DNA from: Candidatus Methylomirabilis oxygeniifera
GTDB lineage: Bacteria; Methylomirabilota; Methylomirabilia; Methylomirabilales; Methylomirabilaceae
Assembly: GCA_000091165.1 (NCBI GenBank)
Contig: FP565575.1
Coordinates: forward strand, 330,001 to 362,000
DNA length: 32,000 bases
Reading direction: 5' to 3'
Shown: one piece after another, positions 27,430-32,000 of the stretch
Position numbering within the stretch: position 1 is the first letter of the stretch
Layout of the letters: each line of letters begins with the position of its first letter
Position numbers and translations under genes: made by a program
Notes under the pieces: model-generated
Database searches by the model: none
Seen by the model: only the letters and a program-made list of their open reading frames with translations
What the model was told of the DNA's origin: nothing

Positions 27430-27522
27430 ATGATCTCACTCTACTGGTTCGGCGGGATTGTGGCCGTCGGCCTGTTAATCTATCTGGTCGTCGCGCTGCT
27501 CAAACCGGAGGTCTTCTCGTGA
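27430..27522 (+). CDS. kdpF: K+-transporting ATPase subunit F
   Basis: [30 protein letters not shown], overlaps kdpA start; typical KdpF. Confidence 0.88.
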   Translation: MISLYWFGGIVAVGLLIYLVVALLKPEVFS

Positions 27523-29324
27523 CCGCGAACGGCTATGCCCAGTTGGGATTGTACATGGTCGTCCTGCTTGCCCTCGCCAAACCGCTCGGCGCCTATATGG
27601 CCCGCGTCTATGAGGGCCGACCGTTCGGCCTCGATCGACTCCTTGGCCCGTTCGAGCGGTGGATCTACCGCCTCTCGGGGATCCGCGCAGACGACGAGAT
27701 GCGATGGCAGACATACGCAAGGGCGATGCTGCTCTTTAACCTGACAGGCGTGCTAATGGTCTATGCCCTCCAGCGGATGCAGGGTCTGCTCCCGCTCAAT
27801 CCGCAGTCGCTCGGACCGGTGTCGCCTGACTCCGCGTTCAACACCGCCGTCAGTTTCGCCACAAACACCAACTGGCAGGGGTACGGAGGCGAGACCACGA
27901 TGAGCTACCTGACGCAGATGCTGGGGCTGACGGTCCAGAACTTCCTCTCGGCGGCGACCGGCATGGCGGTTCTCGTGGCCTTCATTCGCGGCCTGGCGCG
28001 TCGCTCCGCCCAGACCATCGGCAGTTTCTGGGTGGACCTCACCCGCACCACCCTCTATATCCTCCTGCCGCTCTCGCTCGTCCTCGCCCTGGCGCTGGCG
28101 TCGCAGGGGGTCGTGCAGACGTTTGGGCCATACGCCAAGGCGAGTGTCGTTCAACCAACCACCTACGACGAACCGGTGACGGACAAAGACGGGACACCTG
28201 TGCTCGACGAGAAGGGCCGGCCGGTGACGAAAAAGGCGAGGTTGACGGAGCAGGTGATCGCGCTCGGCCCCGTCGCGTCCCAGGTTGCCATTAAGCAGCT
28301 CGGGACTAATGGCGGCGGTTTCTTCAACGTGAACTCGGCGCATCCCTATGAGAACTCGACACCTCTCTCGAACTTCCTCGAGTTGCTGGCCATCCTGTTG
28401 ATTCCCGCGGCCCTCTGTCACACCTTCGGGGTCATGGTCAAGGATACGCGCCAGGGCTGGGCTATCCTCGCGGCCATGACCATCATGTTCGTCGGCCTGC
28501 TCGCCCTCTGCGTCGGCGCTGAGCAAGGCGGCAATCCCCTGCTGACCGGACTGGGGATCGATCAGCACGCCGGCGAGCTGCAGGCGGGCGGCAACATGGA
28601 AGGGAAGGAGGTCCGCTTCGGCATCGTCAACTCGGCGCTGTGGGCCACGGCGACGACCGCGGCCTCCAACGGCTCGGTGAATGCGATGCACGACTCCTTC
28701 ACACCGCTGGGCGGCCTGGCTCCGATATGGCTGATACAGCTTGGGGAGGTCGTCTACGGCGGCGTCGGCTCGGGGCTGTACGGCATGCTGGTCTTCGCCA
28801 TCATTGCCGTGTTCGTGGCGGGCTTGATGGTGGGGCGCACACCCGAGTATCTGGGGAAGAAGATCGAGGCCTACGAAATGAAGATGGCCTCCCTGGTGAT
28901 CCTGATCCCTCCCGCCCTGGTGTTGCTTGGCACAGCGGTCGCCGTTGTCACCAGTGGCGGCAAGGCCGGGATCTCAAACCCCGGCCCCCACGGCTTCAGC
29001 GAAATCCTGTACGCCTTCTCCTCGGCCGGCAACAACAACGGAAGCGCCTTTGCCGGCTTAGGCGCCAACACGCCCTTTTATAACATCTCGCTGGGGGTGG
29101 CGATGTTCTTTGCTCGCTACTGGCTGGCCATCCCGACCCTGGCGATCGCGGGGTCGCTCGCCGGCAAGAAGCCCGTCCCGCCCGGCCCAGGGACTCTCCC
29201 CACCCACACCCCCCTCTTTGTGGCGCTTCTCATCAGCGTTGTGGTCATTGTCGGGGCGCTGACGTTTTTTCCGGCGCTCGCCCTGGGACCCATCGTGGAG
29301 CATCTGATCATGATGTCGTCATAG
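27519..29324 (+). CDS. kdpA: K+-transporting ATPase subunit A
   Basis: [36 protein letters not shown]...[25 protein letters not shown]. Confidence 0.97.
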   Translation: MTANGYAQLGLYMVVLLALAKPLGAYMARVYEGRPFGLDRLLGPFERWIYRLSGIRADDEMRWQTYARAMLLFNLTGVLMVYALQRMQGLLPLNPQSLGPVSPDSAFNTAVSFATNTNWQGYGGETTMSYLTQMLGLTVQNFLSAATGMAVLVAFIRGLARRSAQTIGSFWVDLTRTTLYILLPLSLVLALALASQGVVQTFGPYAKASVVQPTTYDEPVTDKDGTPVLDEKGRPVTKKARLTEQVIALGPVASQVAIKQLGTNGGGFFNVNSAHPYENSTPLSNFLELLAILLIPAALCHTFGVMVKDTRQGWAILAAMTIMFVGLLALCVGAEQGGNPLLTGLGIDQHAGELQAGGNMEGKEVRFGIVNSALWATATTAASNGSVNAMHDSFTPLGGLAPIWLIQLGEVVYGGVGSGLYGMLVFAIIAVFVAGLMVGRTPEYLGKKIEAYEMKMASLVILIPPALVLLGTAVAVVTSGGKAGISNPGPHGFSEILYAFSSAGNNNGSAFAGLGANTPFYNISLGVAMFFARYWLAIPTLAIAGSLAGKKPVPPGPGTLPTHTPLFVALLISVVVIVGALTFFPALALGPIVEHLIMMSS

Positions 29325-29338
29325 CCGGGAGAGAGCTG

Positions 29339-31406
29339 ATGGCCGCTCGAGGCAAGACCCGCTCATTATTCGATCCCGCCATCGTGCGTCAGGCGGTAGT
29401 GGATGCCTTCCGCAAACTTGCGCCGCAGCGCCAGGTGCGCAACCCGGTCATGTTCGTGGTCTACATCGGCTCCATGCTGACAACGGGACTATTCATCCAG
29501 GCGCTGTTCGGCAGAGGTGAGGCGCCGGCCGGGTTCATCCTGGCAATCTCGGTCTGGCTCTGGTTCACGGTGCTCTTCGCCAATTTCGTCGAGGCGATGG
29601 CCGAGGGGCGAGGCAAGGCGCAGGCGGCATCGCTGCGAAAGGCGCGACGGGACGTCCAGGCCAAGCTTCTCACGCGTCCCGAGCGGAGCGGCGAGCACAC
29701 GATGGTCCCGGCCACGGCGTTGCGGAAGGGCGACGTGGTGCTGGTGGAGGCGGGTGACACCATCCCGGCCGACGGCGAGGTGATCGAAGGGATCGCCTCG
29801 GTGAACGAGGCCGCCATCACCGGCGAGAGCGCGCCGGTCATCCGCGAGAGCGGTGGCGACCGCAGCGCGGTAACCGGCGGGACCCAGGTCCTCTCCGACT
29901 GGCTGATCGTGCGGATAGCGGCGAATCCGGGCGAAGCTTTCCTGGATCGGATGATTGCGCTGGTTGAAGGGGCCAAACGTCAGAAGACGCCCAACGAGAT
30001 CGCGCTCGACATCCTGTTGGCGGCGTTGACCATTATCTTCCTGCTTGCGACCGCCACCGTGCCGCCGTTTTCGATCTACAGCGCTGAGGCCGCCGGGCAG
30101 GGCAGCCCCGTGACGGTGACGGTCCTCGTTGCGCTGCTCGTCTGCCTGATCCCCACGACCATCGGCGGGCTGCTGTCATCCATCGGCATCGCCGGGATGG
30201 ACAGGATGATCCAGAAAAACGTCATCGCCATGTCAGGGCGCGCCGTGGAGGCCGCCGGCGATGTTGACGTCCTCCTGCTCGATAAGACCGGTACCATTAC
30301 CCTCGGCAATCGCCAGGCCACCGCCTTCATACCGACGCAAGGGGTCGATGAGCAGGCACTGGCGGATGCGGCCCAACTCGCCTCGCTCTCCGACGAGACG
30401 CCGGAGGGCCGCTCGATCGTCGTCCTCGCCAAGGAGCGGTACGGCCTTCGCGAGCGTGACCTTCACGTCCTGGGAGCGACCTTCGTTCCTTTTACCGCCC
30501 AGACCCGGATGAGCGGGGTCAGCCTGAACGGCCGCGAGATCCGTAAGGGCGCCGCGGATGCCATCGAATCATATGTGCGACGCCTCGGGGGGAAGTTTCC
30601 GCCGGATGTTCGCGCCAAGGTGGACATGATCGCCAAGCACGGCGGGACGCCCTTGGTGGTCGCCGACGGCGCCAGAGTGCTCGGCGCGGTGCAGCTCAAA
30701 GATATCGTCAAGGGAGGGATCAGAGAGCGGTTCCTTGAGCTGAGGGGCAGTGGGGATCAAGACGATCATGATCACCGGGGACAACCCGCTGACCGCGGCC
30801 GCGATTGCGGCGGAGGCAGGCGTGGACGAGTTCCTGGCTGAGGCGACGCCGGAGGCCAAGCTCACGCTGATCCGCGAGCTGCAGGCGCAGGGTCGCCTGG
30901 TGGCGATGACCGGCGATGGGACCAACGACGCCCCGGCGCTGGCCCAGGCGGACGTCGCGGTGGCCATGAATACCGGGACGCAGGCGGCGAAAGAGGCCGG
31001 CAACATGGTAGACCTCGATTCGAACCCGACGAAGCTCCTGGAAGTGGTCGAGACGGGTAAGCAGATGCTCATGACGCGGGGCGCGCTGACAACCTTCAGC
31101 ATCGCCAACGACGTGGCCAAGTATTTCGCGATCATCCCGGCGGCCTTTGCGACCACCTACCCTGCCCTGGGCGCGCTGAACATCATGCAGCTCGCTACGC
31201 CGGCCAGCGCTATCCTTTCGGCCGTCATCTTCAATGCGCTGATCATCATCGCGCTGATCCCGCTGTCGCTTCGCGGGGTCCGCTATCGGGCGGTCGGCGC
31301 GGCCGTGCTGTTGCGGCGCCACCTGTGGATCTACGGGGCCGGGGGGCTTGTAGCGCCGTTCATCGGAATCAAGCTCATCGATCTCTTGCTCCTGGCCTTT
31401 CCATAA
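29339..31406 (+). pseudogene. kdpB: K+-transporting ATPase subunit B, frameshifted near 30744-30747
   Basis: First part carries [13 protein letters not shown]; second frame (30750-31406) carries [27 protein letters not shown] and [18 protein letters not shown]. Confidence 0.93.
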
Positions 31407-31445
31407 GTCGGGTCAACGGCGTCACCAGACAGGGGAGTGGATGAT

Positions 31446-32000
31446 ATGCGTGCGCATCTCCGACCGGCGATCGTCTCGCTGGCGCTCTTCACGATCCTTA
31501 CGGGACTCATCTATCCGCTCATCGTTACGGGCGTAGCCCAACGGCTCTTCCCGAGGCAGGCCAATGGCAGCCCGATCGTCCGGGACGGCCAGGCGGTCGG
31601 CTCTGCGCTCATCGGGCAGCCGTTTGACGACGCGAAGTATTTCTGGGGAAGGGCATCCGGTACCGCTCCCTTCCCGTACAATGCCGGGGCTTCCTCAGGA
31701 TCTAACCTCGGCCCAACGAACGAGACGCTGCGCAAGGCCATCCGGTCGCGCATCGAGGCCCTGCGTGCGGCCGACCCCAACAACCAGGCCCCTATCCCCG
31801 TAGATCTGGTCACGGCGTCAGCCAGCGGACTGGACCCGCACGTGAGTCCGGCCGGCGCCCTCTACCAGGTCAGGCGGGTCGCCCAAGCGCGCGGGCTGGA
31901 CGACGCCACGGTGCGCCACGTCGTCGAGCAGCACATCGAAGGGCGCCAGCTCGGCATCCTGGGCGAGCCGCGAGTCAACGTGCTACAATTAAATGAGGCG
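31446..32000 (+). CDS. kdpC: K+-transporting ATPase subunit C (partial, runs off window)
   Basis: MRAHLRPAIVSLALFTILTGLIYPLIVTGVAQRLFPRQANGSPI...FWGRASGTAPFPYNAGASSGSNLGPTN; open to window end. Confidence 0.95.
   Translation, partial: MRAHLRPAIVSLALFTILTGLIYPLIVTGVAQRLFPRQANGSPIVRDGQAVGSALIGQPFDDAKYFWGRASGTAPFPYNAGASSGSNLGPTNETLRKAIRSRIEALRAADPNNQAPIPVDLVTASASGLDPHVSPAGALYQVRRVAQARGLDDATVRHVVEQHIEGRQLGILGEPRVNVLQLNEA

Noticed and set aside
27753-28691. 312-aa minus-strand ORF
   Set aside because: Antisense to kdpA, whose product is unambiguous.
1-32000. CRISPR arrays, rRNA or tRNA genes
   Set aside because: No regularly spaced identical direct repeats and no recognisable rRNA or tRNA sequence seen by eye; a covariance search would be needed for certainty.

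Overview
32 kb bacterial window in two halves. (1) About 0.3-7.0 kb is accessory DNA. It holds small toxin-antitoxin-type modules (BrnT/BrnA, DUF2442/DUF4160, HigBA) and orphan genes. These are separated by structures that look like integron attC recombination sites. One is close to textbook (2095-2154, 60 bp, directly after a DUF1353 gene); others are degenerate. No integrase is visible, so this resembles an integrase-less cassette cluster. Behind the best attC is a coupled two-gene module whose second gene carries a HEPN-like RNNRGVGH motif. That gene is split by an IS3-family element, and removing the element plus one copy of a 6-bp ACTTCT repeat restores the reading frame exactly. (2) About 7-32 kb is more conventional: a DUF72 protein, aconitase followed by an unlisted 29-aa membrane ORF, DinB, TraR/DksA, RecD2-like helicase, IscX, Fe/Mn-SOD, RecQ, NfuA, an MNT/HEPN pair whose HEPN gene is broken by a second IS3-family element, a SCO1 + SBP56/methanethiol-oxidase pair, a KimA-like K+ transporter, and kdpFABC. 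In the kdp operon kdpB is split by an apparent single-G insertion and kdpC runs off the window. Several dispersed repeats (cattgcgag...gcaatct family) are also present. The gene content is compatible with a methylotrophic/NC10-like genome, but taxonomy is only a guess.
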